Shown here piece by piece: positions 9,982-22,471 of a stretch of DNA of 64,000 bases. The translations under genes and the position numbers were made by a program. Under the pieces are notes generated by a model, which did no database searches, was not told the origin of the DNA, and saw only the letters and a program-made list of their open reading frames with translations. The stretch is from the NCBI RefSeq assembly GCF_006345805.1, contig NC_042998.1, positions 159,774,001-159,838,000 of the forward strand. The letters run 5' to 3'. The number at the start of each line of letters is the position of its first letter. Position 1 is the first letter of the stretch. This stretch comes from Octopus sinensis (Eukaryota).

Positions 9982-12900
9982 TTACACCCCTGGCATAGGC
10001 CAAGAGAGTCTCACTTGGGCTTGCCAAGTCTTCTCAAGCACAGCATATTTCCAAAGGTCCCAGTTACTAGTCATTGCCTTGGTGAGGCCTAAAGTTCGAA
10101 AGTCATGCTTCACCACTTCATCCCAGGTCTTCCTGGGTCTACCCCTTCCAAAGGTTCCCTCAACTGCTAGGGTGTAGCACTTTTTCACACTGCTATCCTC
10201 ATCCATTCTCACCACATGACCATACCAGCGCAGTCGTCTCTCTTGCAAACCACATCTGATGCTTCTTAGGTTCAACTTTTCTCTCAAGCTACTAACACTG
10301 TCAAGTATGCACACTGACATTACACATCCATGAGATCATACTGGCTTCATTCCTTGTGAGCTTACACATGTCCTCAGCAGTTTCACTACCATGTAGCATG
10401 GCTGTTTGTACACATGCATCATACAGTCTACCTTTAACTCTGAGTGAGAGGCGCTTTGTCACCAGTAGAAGTAAGAGCTCTCTGAACTTTGCCCAGGCTA
10501 TTCTTATTCTAGCAGTTACACTTTCAGTGCACCCTCCCCTACTACTGACTTGGTCACCTAGGTAACGGAAGCTATTAACTACTTCTAGTTTTTCTCCCTG
10601 GAATGTGACAGAAGCTGTTCTCTTCACATTTTCAGTGTTTATAGCACCTGAGCATCTGCCACATACAAAAACTATCTTCCTAGTTAGCCTTCCTTTGACA
10701 TTGCTGCACCTCTTATGTGTCCATAGCTTACACTGGGTACATCTTATAGAGTTTCTACCTATGCCTTTTCTACAGATCGAGCAGGGCCATCTACCTGAAG
10801 GGATTTGTGGTTTGCCTGCCTTCCTACTTATTAGGACTTTGGTTTTAGCTAGGTTGACTCTAAGGCCCTCCAATTCTAATCCTTGTTTCCATACTTGAAA
10901 CTTCTTCTCTAGTTCTGATAGTGACTCAGTAATTAGAGCAAGGTCGTCAGCATAGAGGAGGTCCCAGGGACATCCTGTCTTGAATTCCTCTGTTATTGCC
11001 TGGAGGACTATGATAAATAGGAAGGGGCTGAGGACTGAACTTTGATGGACCCCTACCTCTACCCGGAATTCTTCACTGTACTCATTGCCAACCCTCATCT
11101 TACTGACAGCATCCCTGTACATGGCTTGCACAGCTCTCACTAACCATTCATCTCTCCCTATTTTCCTCATTGACCACCAGATAAGGGATCGGGGGACCCT
11201 GTCAAAGGCTTTCTCCATGTCAACAAAAGCCAGGTACAGAGGTTTATCTTTGGCTAGGTATTTCTCCTACAGCTGTCTTACCAGAAATATAGTATCAATG
11301 GTGCTTTTCTCTGGTATGAACCCAAACTGCATTTCATCTAAACTAACTCTCTCCCTAATTAGTTAGGCTATGACCCTCTCCGTGACCTTCATTACCTGAT
11401 CCAACAACTTGATACCTCTGTAATTATTTGTATCTAAAGCGTCACTTTTACCTTTGTAGCAGTTGACTATGGTGCTGCTACACCAGTAATTGGGTATGAC
11501 TCCTTTGTGTATCACCTGGTTAACTATATGGGTGACTAGGCTATAGCCGACACTGCCAGATATTTTGAGCATCTCTGCAGTAATTCCTGATGGGCTGTGG
11601 GCTTTCCCTGTCTTCATACTCTTAATTGCTTTATCTACCAAGGTACTGTCAACTCGGATAGCTGGTCCCTCTGTTGGGTCAACATTCGGCAGACTCTCTT
11701 TCTCCCATTCATTTACTTTATTGAGCAACCTTTCATAGTGGTATCTCCAAACTTCTCTCTTTGCAGGCTCATTTAGTGCAAGAGAACCATCATCCATGCG
11801 GACACATTTCTCTCCTACATCACAATTCTCTCTCACACACTGTCTTGCAACACGAAATATCTCAACTCTTTGTCCTCACAGGGCAGAACATTGGCAATTT
11901 TTTTCTTATCCGCTTCCCTTCTGGCAGTCTGATACAATTCCCTGCTACCACCGTTCTTCCAGTCCTTCCAAGCCTGTTTCTTTCCTCTAATAGCCCTGTC
12001 AACAACATTGCGTCAACACCACGTTATTTTGGGTCGAGAGGGGACTTTGCACCATCCACATATCTGGTCAGTGGCTCTCAGCAGGTTGTCCTGTAGACAC
12101 CTTCAGTTGTCTTCTACACCATATGAAGCTATATCCCCTTCTATTTCGTCAAAGGCTTCGAGTAGTATGTCTCTAAATCTCTGTCCATTTGCAGGATCTT
12201 TAAGCTTCCAGACCCTTTTCCTCCATGTTGGTCTTCTGGGCATCCACTTAGCCCTGATCCTAACGTCACTAACTACCAGTCTATGTTGTGGGGTACATTC
12301 TTCACTTGGGAAGGTTTTGGCATTTATAAGCAGCCATCTATCCCTTTTTCTGGCAAGGATGTAGTCAATTTGGCTAGCGTGTCTGCCAGAAGGTAGGTGA
12401 CTAGGTGACTGGCATGTTTCCTGAAGTTAGTATTGCAAACCATAAGATCATTTGCATCACAGAACTCCAGCAGCCTGGTTCTCTCCTTCTTTTGGGAACC
12501 ATAACTTTAGCCTCCATGTATGCCATGGAAGCCCCTTGTATGTTGTCCAACATGTCCATTGAAGTCACCAGCCACAAAGAGAAGGTCCCTGTCATTCGTC
12601 AACGAGCTTGTCTGCAAGAAGGTGTCATAGAATCGGTTTTTTTATCCATCAGGTAGCCCCGGCTGAGGGGCACAGGTCGAGATAATGGTTGCTAACCCAT
12701 GATGAAGCACTAATCTAATCTTAAGTATTCTGTTGCATACTCTGACTATCTCGATTACCTTATCCACCCATTTCTCAGCAGAAGTATACCCGCGCCCCCG
12801 ACCCTGTCAGTGTTCCCTGCCCAGAAAATCTTGTAACTGTGTTCTTTGCCGGTGAGGAACCTAGCGGAACCTTCTCTCCACCTTACTTCTTGGATGCAGC

Positions 12901-13079
12901 ACATATCGACACACCTCTGTTCAAGCATCTCAACAATCTCACCAGACCTACCTTTCAGTGTGCCAACGTTGAGAGTGCCAACCCAGAGGGTGTGGGAGGT
13001 ATGGGCCCCTTGAGACCCTGGGACGGGGGACAGTAACTTCATGTACCTGAAAAGAAAGCTCGCATTTGACAGAATTCAT
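9982..13079 (-). pseudogene. RTE APE endonuclease plus reverse transcriptase ORF with multiple stops and frameshifts
   Basis: VGTLNVGTLKGRSGE...CIQEVRW; GVHQSSVLSPFLF; LLYADDLALI; FRYLG; RGRPRKTW. Confidence 0.92.
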
Positions 13080-13166
13080 AAACAAACATTAGCATTCAGT
13101 TCAACCTACATACACTACACTATCATATTTTTGCACTATATGATCACTACCTAACATAGGAGATAA

Positions 13167-13337
13167 CCCTAAGTAGGGGTGGGGATGGCGTAAAGCCTTT
13201 AGAAGTGTTCATGGGAGACAACTAAGGGATGACAAAGGATAGGAACTTCCGGTGCAGTGAGAGGGGGTGGGAGTTCGGGCGCACCGCAAACTAGGAAGTT
13301 TAGACGAGAGCATCTTCTGCTTGCGCTGGTTTATATA
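13167..13337 (-). promoter_or_regulatory. Putative RTE copy 1 promoter motifs: CCCTA-NN-TAGGG, ACCGGAAGTT and TATATAAA
   Basis: Motifs at 13167-13178, 13244-13253 and 13330-13337. The first two are conserved in copy 2. Confidence 0.5.
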
Positions 13338-13990
13338 GGGTGGTGGTGGTGCTAGTGCTAGTGCTGGTACTGGTGCTGATGGTGCTGATGGTGCTGGTGG
13401 TGGTGATGCTGGTGCTGGTGGAGGAAGTCTTGGCGAAGCGAGTGGTAATCGAAAGAGCAAGAGACAGACAGAGTGAGGCTGAGAGAGAGACAGACAGACA
13501 GACAAGGTGAGGCTGAGAGAGACAGATAGACAGAGTGAGCTAGAGAGAGAGAGAGGGGAAGTGGGCAAGAACACAAGGGAGGAAAATATTATTTTGGGAT
13601 CTGCGTAGCATAATTTAACGAGACAGCGAATGTTGATAATAGTAAAATAGAATTAAGAAATCTGAGAGTTTTCGGTCAGACAATCTAAGACAAAATCAGA
13701 GTAATAAGTGACTGTGTGATAAAACTTTAATAGATGAATGGATCAATGAATATGTTGCAGTTAAGGAAATACGTGAACTAAGGTTATCTTAAGGGAATAA
13801 CAAGGAAGACAAAACTATTGAAAATTATATTTACATGATGACATGGTACTGAAATAGACAGGATAATGAAAAGAACTAATAGGGGTTTATGATCTGCGCA
13901 GGAATAGAAGAGTAGATGAAATAAGGTTAGTGGACCCTCTTGTCAGCTTAGCCAATAGCTGTTAGACTATCCGCACACCCAGTATAAGCA

Positions 13991-14028
<38 letters not shown>

Positions 14029-14771
14029 CATACACATACCAGGTTTCTGCACAGTTTCCATCTACCAAATTCTACTCAAGATCTCAGTCAATCTGAAGCT
14101 ACAGTAAAAGGTAAAAGACATTTCTCAAGATTCTGTGCAATGGAATCAAACAGAAATCATGTGGTTTCAAAAGAAACTCCGTAATCATACAGCTATGTAT
14201 GATTTACTTAATTACTTAATTACCTTTACTTAATTACTCAGGCAGAATCTTGTTATTGTCTAAACAATTGCAGATAGCAAGAAACTCTGAGTAGTGATAC
14301 CATAAGCTATCATCTTCTTAGAAATAAATTCTGCTGTACTCTTTCTCCAATTGTTCCTCCAAACATAACAAAATTATTTGATGCAGTTTAAATTTATAGA
14401 TCGAAAAGGAAGTTATTTATATCTTCTTCAGACAACAGCAATCAATTTGATGAAAGATTACCACTTTTGGGTCAAAGAATAAGAAAGCAAATCCAATCCA
14501 TCAAATCTTTGTGATTAATGAAAGTAAACAAAACTTTGAGAGGATGACACATGTGTGCAAGTATGAAAAATATGATCTTAATGACTGATGTACATTCAAG
14601 TAATATATGGAATCATCTCAGTAAACATACATGTAGCATAGTGGTCAATGCACCAAAATGTCAACCAAGAGGTGTGAGTTAGGGTCCAACCAGATTTCTA
14701 GCTTTTAAGGTTCCATGTTGTATAAGCCATTTCAGTTTACAACCAAACTTGATTTAAAGTAAAAACATGTA

Positions 14772-15200
14772 TAGGTGCAGGCATGGCTGTGTGGTAAGAA
14801 GCTTGCTTCACAACCACATGGTTTCAGGTTCAGTCCCACTGTGTGGTACCTTGGGCAAGAGTCTTCTACTGTAGTCTCAGGCTGACCAAAGCTTTGTAAG
14901 TGGATTTGGTAGACGAAACTGATAGATAGGTAGGTTTAAGAGACAGAATCACCCTCAAGCAACTCAATCATCATTGAATGACATTATCCACAATATGTAC
15001 ATATAGGACTAAATATTAAAATTATCAAAATTAATACCTACAATTCTTATTCCAAATTATCAAAATTAATACCCGAAACTACATGGTTTCAGGTTCAGTC
15101 CCACTGCATGGCACCTTGGGCAAGTGTCTTCTACTATAAGCATCAGGCCAACCGAAGCTTTGTGAGTGGATTTGGTAGACAGAAACTGAAAGAAGCCTTT
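14772..15200 (+). mobile_element. Two SINE S2 heads (about 14772-14935 and 15075-15200)
   Basis: GGCTGTGTGGTAAG...GGTTCAGTCCCACTG...CCTTGGGCAAG...GGATTTGGTAGAC. Confidence 0.75.
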
Positions 15201-15216
15201 CATATATATGTATATC

Positions 15217-15570
15217 TATCATCATCATCATCATCATCATCGTCGTTTAACATCCATTTTCCATGCTAGCACGGGTTGGACGGTTCTACCGGGGTCTGGT
15301 AAGCCAGGAGGCTGCACCAGGCTCCAGTCTGATCTGGCAGTGTTTCTACAGTTGGATGCCCTTCCTAACGCCAATCACTCCGTGAGTGTAGTGGGTGCTT
15401 TTTACGTGCCACCGACACAGGTGCCAGGGGTGGCTGGCAGTGGCCATGATCAGTTGGTGTTTTTTACGTGCCACCTGTACAGAAGCCAGTCAAGGCGGAG
15501 CTGTCATCGGTCATGTTTGGATGGTGCTTTTTACATGCCACCGTCACAGAAGCCAGTCAATGACTTGTAA
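15217..15570 (-). mobile_element. 5'-truncated RTE 3' end
   Basis: (CAT)n-CGTTTAAC start on the plus strand. Apparent TSD GAAGCC(TA)TTTCATATATATGTATAT near 15193 and 15591. Confidence 0.8.
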
Positions 15571-15917
15571 GTGATTATAATAACTGTGTGGAAGCCTATT
15601 TCATATATATGTATATAAATATATATATATATCATCATCATCATCATCGTCGTTTAACGTCCGTTCTCCATGCTAGCATGGGTTGGACGGTTCGACCGGG
15701 GTTCTGGGAAGCCAGAAGGCTGCACCAGGCTCCAGTCTAATTTGGCAATGTTTCTACAGCTGGATGCCCTCCTAACGCCAACCACTCCGTGAGTGTAGTG
15801 GGTGCTTTTTACGTGCCACCTGCACAGGTGCCAGGCGGGGCTGGCAACGGCCACGGTCAGATTGGTATATTTATGTGCCACCGGCACGGAAGCCAGTCGA
15901 GGCGGTGCTGGCATCGG

Positions 15918-16520
15918 CCACGAGTCGGATAGTGCTTTTTACGTACCACCAGACCAGGGATCCTGGCTGGTTCAATTCGATTTCGATTTCGCTTGCCCCA
16001 ACATGTCTTCACAAGCAAAGGGGTTGGCAAGGGTGCCTGTCGTACGGTCGCATTGGAGTATTTTACGTGCCACGGCCACGAGTCGGATAGTGCTTTACGT
16101 ACCACCAGACCAGGGATACTGGCTGGTTCAATTCGATTTCGATTTCGCTTGCCCCAACATGTCTTCACAAGCAAAGGGGGTTGGCAAGGGTGCCTGTCGT
16201 ACGGTCGCATTGGAGTATTTTACGTGCCACGGCCACGAGTCGGATAGTGCTTTACGTACCACCAGACCAGGGATCCTGGCTGGTTCAATTCGATTTCGAT
16301 TTCGCTTGCCCCAACATGTCTTCACAAGCAAGGGGGTTGGCATGGGTGCCTGTCGTACGGTCGCATTGGAGTATTTTACGTGCCACGGACCCGAGTCGGA
16401 TAGTGCTTTTTACGTACCACCAGGCCAGGGATCCTGGCTGGTTCAATTCGGTTTCGATTTCGATTTCGATTTCGCTTGCCCCAACATGTCTTCGCAAGCA
16501 TGGGGGGTTGGGATGGGTGT
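15918..16520. repeat. ~157-bp tandem repeat, about 4 copies, inside the RTE 3' UTR
   Basis: The unit starting CCACGAGTCGGATAGTGC recurs at 15918, 16076, 16233 and 16390. Confidence 0.9.
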
Positions 16521-16610
16521 CTGTCGTCGGATGAGGTTCTATATCGACTTCGCTTGCCTCAACCGGTCTTTGTGTCCAAGGGAGGAAAGGCATTCATAAG
16601 TGGGCTGGGC

Positions 16611-19600
16611 TCACTTGTCCTGCCTGGTCTTCTCACGTACAGAATATTTCCAAAGGTCTCGGTCTCTGGTCATTTCCTCAGTGAGGCCTAAAGTTCGAAG
16701 GTCGTGCTTCACCACCTCGTCCCAGGTTTTCCTGGGTCTACCTCTTCCACGGGTTCCCTCAACTGCTAGGGATTGGCACTTTCTCACACACCTATCTTCA
16801 TCCATTCTCGCCACATGACCATACCAGCGCAATCGTCTCTCTTGCACACCACAACTGATGCTTCTTAGGTACAACATTTCTCTCAAGGTGCTAACGCTCT
16901 GTCGAGTATGTACACTGACATTACACATCCATCGGAGCATACTGGCTTCATTCCTCACGAGCTTACGCATGTCCTCAGCAGTCACAGCCCATGTTTCGCT
17001 GCCATGTAGCATGGCTGTTCGTACACACGCATCATACAGTCTGCCTTTTACTCTGAGCGAGAGGCCTTTAGTCACCAGCAGAGGTAAGAGCTCCCTAAAC
17101 TTTGCCCAGGCTATTCTTATTCTAGCAGTTACACTTTCAGCGCACCCACCCCCACTACTGACTTGGTCACCTAGATAACGGAAGCTATCAACTACTTCTA
17201 GTTTTTCCCCCTGGAAAGTGACGGAAGTTGTTTTCTGCAGATTTTCGGAGGTTAATGCTCCCGAGCATCTGCCACATACAAAAACTATCTTCCCAGTTAG
17301 CCTACCTTTGACATTGCTGCACCTCTTATGTGTCCATAGCTTACACTGGGTACATCTTATAGAGTTTCTACCTACACCTTTTCTACAGATCGAGCAGGGC
17401 CATCTTCCTGAAGATATTTGTGGATTGTCTACCTTTCTACTTATTAGTACTTTGGTTTTAGCTAGGTTGACTCTAAGGCCCCTTGATTCTAAACCCTCCT
17501 TCCACACCTGGAACTTCTCCTCCAGTTCTGATAGTGACTCAGCAATAAGAGCAAGGTCGTCAGCGTAGAGGAGCTCCCAGGGACAGCCTGTCTTGAATTC
17601 CTCCGTAATTGCCTGGAGTACTATGATAAATAGGAGGGGGCTGAGTACTGAACCCTGGTGGACCCCAACCTCTACTTTGAATTCTTCTGTGTACATGTTG
17701 CCAACCCTAACCTTACTTACGGCATCTCTGTACATGGCTTGCACAGTCCTCACCAGCCATTCATCTATCCCTAGTTTCCTCATTGACCACCAGATAAGGG
17801 ATCGGGGGACCCTATCAAAAGCTTTCTCCATGTCAACGAAAGCTAGGTACAGGGGCTTATCTTTGGCTAGGTATTTCTCCTGCAGCTGCCTTACCAGGAA
17901 TATAGCATCAGTGGTACTTTTTCCTGGCACGAACCCAAACTGCATCTCATCTAAACTAACTCTCTCTCTCTATTAGTTGGGCTATGACCCTCTCCGTAAC
18001 CTTCATTACTTGATCCAACAGCTTGATACCTCTGTAATTATTTGTATCTAGGGCATCACCTTTACCTTTGTAGCAGTTGACTAGTATGCTGCTGCACCAG
18101 TCATTGGGTATGACTCCTTCGTGTATCACCTGGTTGACTATACGGGTGACTAGGTTATAGCCGACACTGCCAGATATTTTGAGCATTTCTGCAGTAATTC
18201 CTGATGGGCCTGGGGCTTTCCCTGTCTTCATGCTTCTAATTGCCTTAGCTACCACGGAACTATCAACTCGGATAGCTGGTCCCTCTGTAGGGTCAACATT
18301 CGGCAGACTCTCTTTATCCCATTCATTTTCCTCATTCAGTAACCTTTCATAGTGGCGTCTCCAAGCTTCTCTCTTTGCATCCTCATTTAGCGCAAGTGAA
18401 CCATCCTCCATGCGAACACATTTCTCTCCTACCACATCACGATTCTCTCTCACACTGTCTTGCAACACGAAATACCTCAAGTCTTTCATCCTCACGGCGC
18501 AGGACATTGGCAAATTTTCTCTTATCTGCTTCCCCTCTGGCTAGATAGACCTGTCTCCTAGCTTCCCTTCTGGCAGTCTGATACCCTTCCCTGCTACCAC
18601 CGTTCTTCCAGGCCTTCCAAGCCTGTTTCTTTTGTCTAATAGCCCTGTCAACAATATTGTTCCAGCCACAGATCTGGTCAGCGGCTTTCAGCAGGTTGTC
18701 CCTCAGAAACGTCCAGTTGTCTTCTACCCCATGTGTAGCTATACCCCCTTCCACTTCGTCAAAGGCTTCAAGTAACATATCTCTAAATCTCTGTCCATTC
18801 GCAGGGGCTTTAAGCTTCCAGACCCTTCTTCTCCATGTTGGTCGTCTTCTAGTCGCCCTCTTAGTCCTGATCCTAAAGTCACTAACTACCAGTCTATGTT
18901 GTGGGGTGCATTCTTCGCCTGGGAAGGTTTTGGCATTTTTAAGCAGCCATCTTTCCCTTTTTCTGGCAAGGATGTAGTCGATTTGGCTAGTATGCCGGCC
19001 CGATCGGTAGGTGACCAGGTGGCTTGTTGGTTTCCTGAAGTTAGTGTTGCAGACCATAAGACTATTCGCATCGCAGAACTCCAGCAGCCTGGTTCCCTCC
19101 TCGTTGCGGGAACCATAACCGTAGCCTCCATGTACGCCATGGAAGCCCCCAGCATGTCGTCCAACATGCCCATTGAAATCACCAGCCACAAAGAGAAGGT
19201 CCCTGTCGTTCGTCGATGAGGTGGTCTGCAGTAGGGTGTCATAGAAACTGTCTTTCTGTCCATCGGGTAGCCCTGGCTGAGGGGCATAGGCCGATATAAT
19301 GGTTGCTAATCTATTATGAAGCACTATTCTAATCTTAAGTATTCTGTCACTTACCTGATTACCTCAATTACTCTATCTATCCATTTCTCAGCGATAATTA
19401 TACCCACCACCAACAACCCGTCAGTGTTCTCTGCCCAGAAAATCTTGTACCTGTGTCCCTTGCCTGTGAGGACCCTAGCAGATCCTCCTCTCCACCTTAT
19501 TTCTTGCATACAACATACATCAACACGTCTCCGTTCAAGCATCTCGACTATCTCGCCAGACCTACCTTTCAATGTGCCAACGTTGAGGGTGCCTACCCTG

Positions 19601-19692
19601 AGGGTGTGGGAGGTGTGGGCCTCTGAGACCCTGGGATGAGGGGCCGCAGTGTTCTGTACCTGAAAAGAAAGCTTGCATTTGCCAGATATCAT
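16611..19692 (-). CDS. RTE APE-RT polyprotein; three apparent frameshifts, all in simple repeats
   Basis: ORF pieces 19351-19692, 18437-19324, 17956-18513 and 16611-17945. Motifs LNVGT, AYAPQ, GDFNGHVG, SQIDYIL, PQHRLV, GVHQGSVLSPLLF, YADDL, FRYLG, GRPRKTW. Confidence 0.85.
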
Positions 19693-19756
19693 ACTGAGAC
19701 TCTAGACTACAACCTGCATAAATTTCAAAGTTTTTGCGCTATATGATCACAATAAA

Positions 19757-19845
19757 CCCTACATAGGGGTGCGGGGGGGGGGTCAAGAAAGATAGAAAAC
19801 AGAAACTTCCGGTTCTGGTAGACGGGTGGGAGGGCGGGGTCACCT
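19757..19845 (-). promoter_or_regulatory. Conserved 5' motifs of RTE copy 2: CCCTA-NN-TAGGG, ETS-like ACCGGAAGTT, GC box
   Basis: CCCTACATAGGG at 19757-19768, AACTTCCGGT at 19804-19813, and GGGCGGGG near 19832. Confidence 0.5.
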
Positions 19846-20203
19846 CCAAGGAACAACAGGTTTTAGTTAATACGTAGGGAATTTTCTGCGACAGAAATTA
19901 CTGAACATCTAGAAACTTCGGGGTTCGAGAAGAATGTAATATAAATAAGAGAGAGAAAATATTTCGTAGGGAATTTAGGGTATCTTTGAACAACAGTTTT
20001 AAGTTAATACGTAGGGAATTTTCTGCGACAGAATTACTGAACATCTAGAAACTTCGGGGTTCGAGAAGAATGTAATATAAATAAGAGAGAAGAAAATATT
20101 TCGTAGGGAATTTAGGGTATCTTTGAACAACAGGTTTTAAGTTAATACGTAGGGAATTTTCTCCGACAGAAATTACTGAACATCTAGAAACTTCGGGGTT
20201 CGA

Positions 20204-20631
20204 TTAAAACATAATATAAATAGGAGAGAGGGAGAATATTGTAGTGAATTCTGGGGATGGAATAACAACGGGATGACACTGAAATTAAAGGAGGAATTTA
20301 AAATGCATGACAGACAGGAAGCCATGCATACAAGATGGCGAAACAACTAATAGAGAAACGGGATTTAGGGTTACGAATCAACGCTTAAAAAATGAATATG
20401 AATGACAGGTTGTAAGTTAAATTCGCTTAGCTGGTCATTTTTCGAGTCAGTGTTTTGTCAGCAAGATGTAGAATCGAGAAGAAGGACGAGATAAATCGAA
20501 CACTGCTTTATAAAGGGTTAGGGATTGGGGGGGGATTATCAGGTGGAAGCATGAGGAAGAGAGGGGGGAAGGAAGAGAGAGAGAGAGAGCTAAGGGACAA
20601 CATGTTTAATTCGTAAGGAATTTTCTGCAAC
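20204..20631 (-). promoter_or_regulatory. Array module 1, putative Pol II promoter unit nearest the ORF
   Basis: TTTATAAA at 20507-20514, CAAGATGGCG at 20331-20340, CAGGAAG just before it, and a GA-rich tract. Confidence 0.5.
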
Positions 20632-22471
20632 AGAAATTACTGAACATCTAGAAACTTCGGGGTTCGAGAAGAATGTAATATAATAAGAGAGAGAGAAAAT
20701 ATTTCGTAGGGAATTTAGGGTATCTTTGAACAACAGGTTTTAGTTAATACGTAGGGAATTTTCTGCGACAGAAATTACTGAACATCTAGAAACTTCGGGG
20801 TTCGAGAAGAATGTAATATAAATAAGAGAGAGAGAAAATATTTCGTAGGGAATTTAGGGTATCTTTGAACAACAGGTTTTAAGTTAATACGTAGGGAATT
20901 TTCTGCGACAGAAATTACTGAACATCTAGAAACTTCGGGGTTCGAGAAGAATGTAATATAAATAAGAGAGAGAGAAATATTTCGTAGGGAATTTAGGGTA
21001 TCTTTGAACAACAGGTTTTAAGTTAACGTAGGGAATTTTCTGCGACAGAAATTACTGAACATCTAGAAACTTCGGGGTTCGAAGAATGTAATATAAATAA
21101 GAGAGAGGAAAATATTTCGTAGGGATTTAGGGTATCTTTGAACAACAGGTTTTAAGTTAATACGTAGGGAATTTTCTGCGACAGAAATTACTGAACATCT
21201 AGAACCTTCGGGGTTCGAGAAGAATGTATATAAATAAGAGAGAGAAAATATTTCGTAGGGAATTTAGGGTATCTTTGAACAACAGGTTTTAAGTTAATAC
21301 GTAGGGAATTTTCTGCGACAGAAATTACTGAACATCTAGAAACTTCGGGGTTCGAGAAGAATGTAATATAAATAAGAGAGAGAGAAAATATTTCGTAGGG
21401 AATTTAGGGTATCTTTGAACAACAGGTTTTAAGTTAATACGTAGGGAATTTTCTGCGACAGAAATTACTGAACATCTAGAAACTTCGGGGTTCGAGAAGA
21501 ATGTAATATAAATAAGAGAGAGAGAAAATTTTCGTAGGGAATTTAGGGTATCTTTGAACAACAGGTTTTAAGTTAATACGTAGGGAATTTTCTGCGACAG
21601 AAATTACTGAACATCTAGAAACTTCGGGGTTCGAGAAGAATGTAATATAAATAAGAGAGAGAGAAAATATTTCGTAGGGAATTAGGGTATCTTTGAACAA
21701 CAGGTTTTAAGTTAATACGTAGGGAATTTTCTGCGACAGAAATTACTGAACATCTAGAAACTTCGGGGTTCGAGAAGAATGTAATATAAATAAGAGAGAG
21801 AAAATATTTCGTAGGGAATTTAGGGTATCTTTGAACAACAGGTTTTAAGTTAATACGTAGGGAATTTTCTGCGACAGAAATTACTGAACATCTAGAAACT
21901 TCGGGGTTCGAGAAGAATGTAATATAAATAAGAGAGAGAGAAAATATTTCGTAGGGAATTTAGGGTATCTTTGAACAACAGGTTTTAAGTTAATACGTAG
22001 GGAATTTTCTGCGACAGAAATTACTGAACATCTAGAAACTTCGGGGTTCGAGAAGAATGTAATATAAATAAGAGAGAGAGAAAATATTTCGTAGGGAATT
22101 TAGGGTATCTTTGAACAACAGGTTTTAAGTTAATACGTAGGGAATTTTCTGCGACAGAAATTACTGAACATCTAGAAACTTCGGGGTTCGAGAAGAATGT
22201 AATATAAATAAGAGAGAGAGAAAATATTTCGTAGGGAATTTAGGGTATCTTTGAACAACAGGTTTTAAGTTAATACGTAGGGAATTTTCTGCGACAGAAA
22301 TTACTGAACATCTAGAAACTTCGGGGTTCGAGAAGAATGTAATATAAATAAGAGAGAGAGAAAATATTTCGTAGGGAATTTAGGGTATCTTTGAACAACA
22401 GGTTTTAAGTTAATACGTAGGGAATTTTCTGCGACAGAAATTACTGAACATCTAGAAACTTCGGGGTTCGA

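Larger units (their letters stand above)
9466..13700 (-). mobile_element. RTE LINE copy 1, full-length but decayed
   Basis: (GAT)n-like tail near 9466, 3' UTR, APE and RT fragments, and a 5' region with ETS/GC/TATA-like motifs. The upstream boundary is approximate. Confidence 0.9.
15631..19850 (-). mobile_element. RTE LINE copy 2, full-length and young, contiguous at its 5' end with the tandem array
   Basis: (GAT)n tail at 15631, ~980-bp 3' UTR, ORF 19692 to 16611, and 5' region up to 19850. Confidence 0.95.

Noticed and set aside
10356-19639. Plus-strand ORFs overlapping the RTE coding regions
   Set aside because: They are antisense shadows of the RTE ORF, repeated in both copies only because the sense strand is conserved.
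19657-19672. Splice acceptor TTTCTTTTCAG near the start of both RTE ORFs (also near 13045-13060)
   Set aside because: Both copies have an in-frame ATG ten codons upstream (M-x-S-x-K-C-x-L-S-F-Q-V), so protein coding explains the conservation. No matching conserved donor was found.
20204-20631. Module as a 5S, snRNA, SL RNA or rRNA gene
   Set aside because: I recognise no such sequence or Pol III boxes on either strand. An Rfam search is still worth running.
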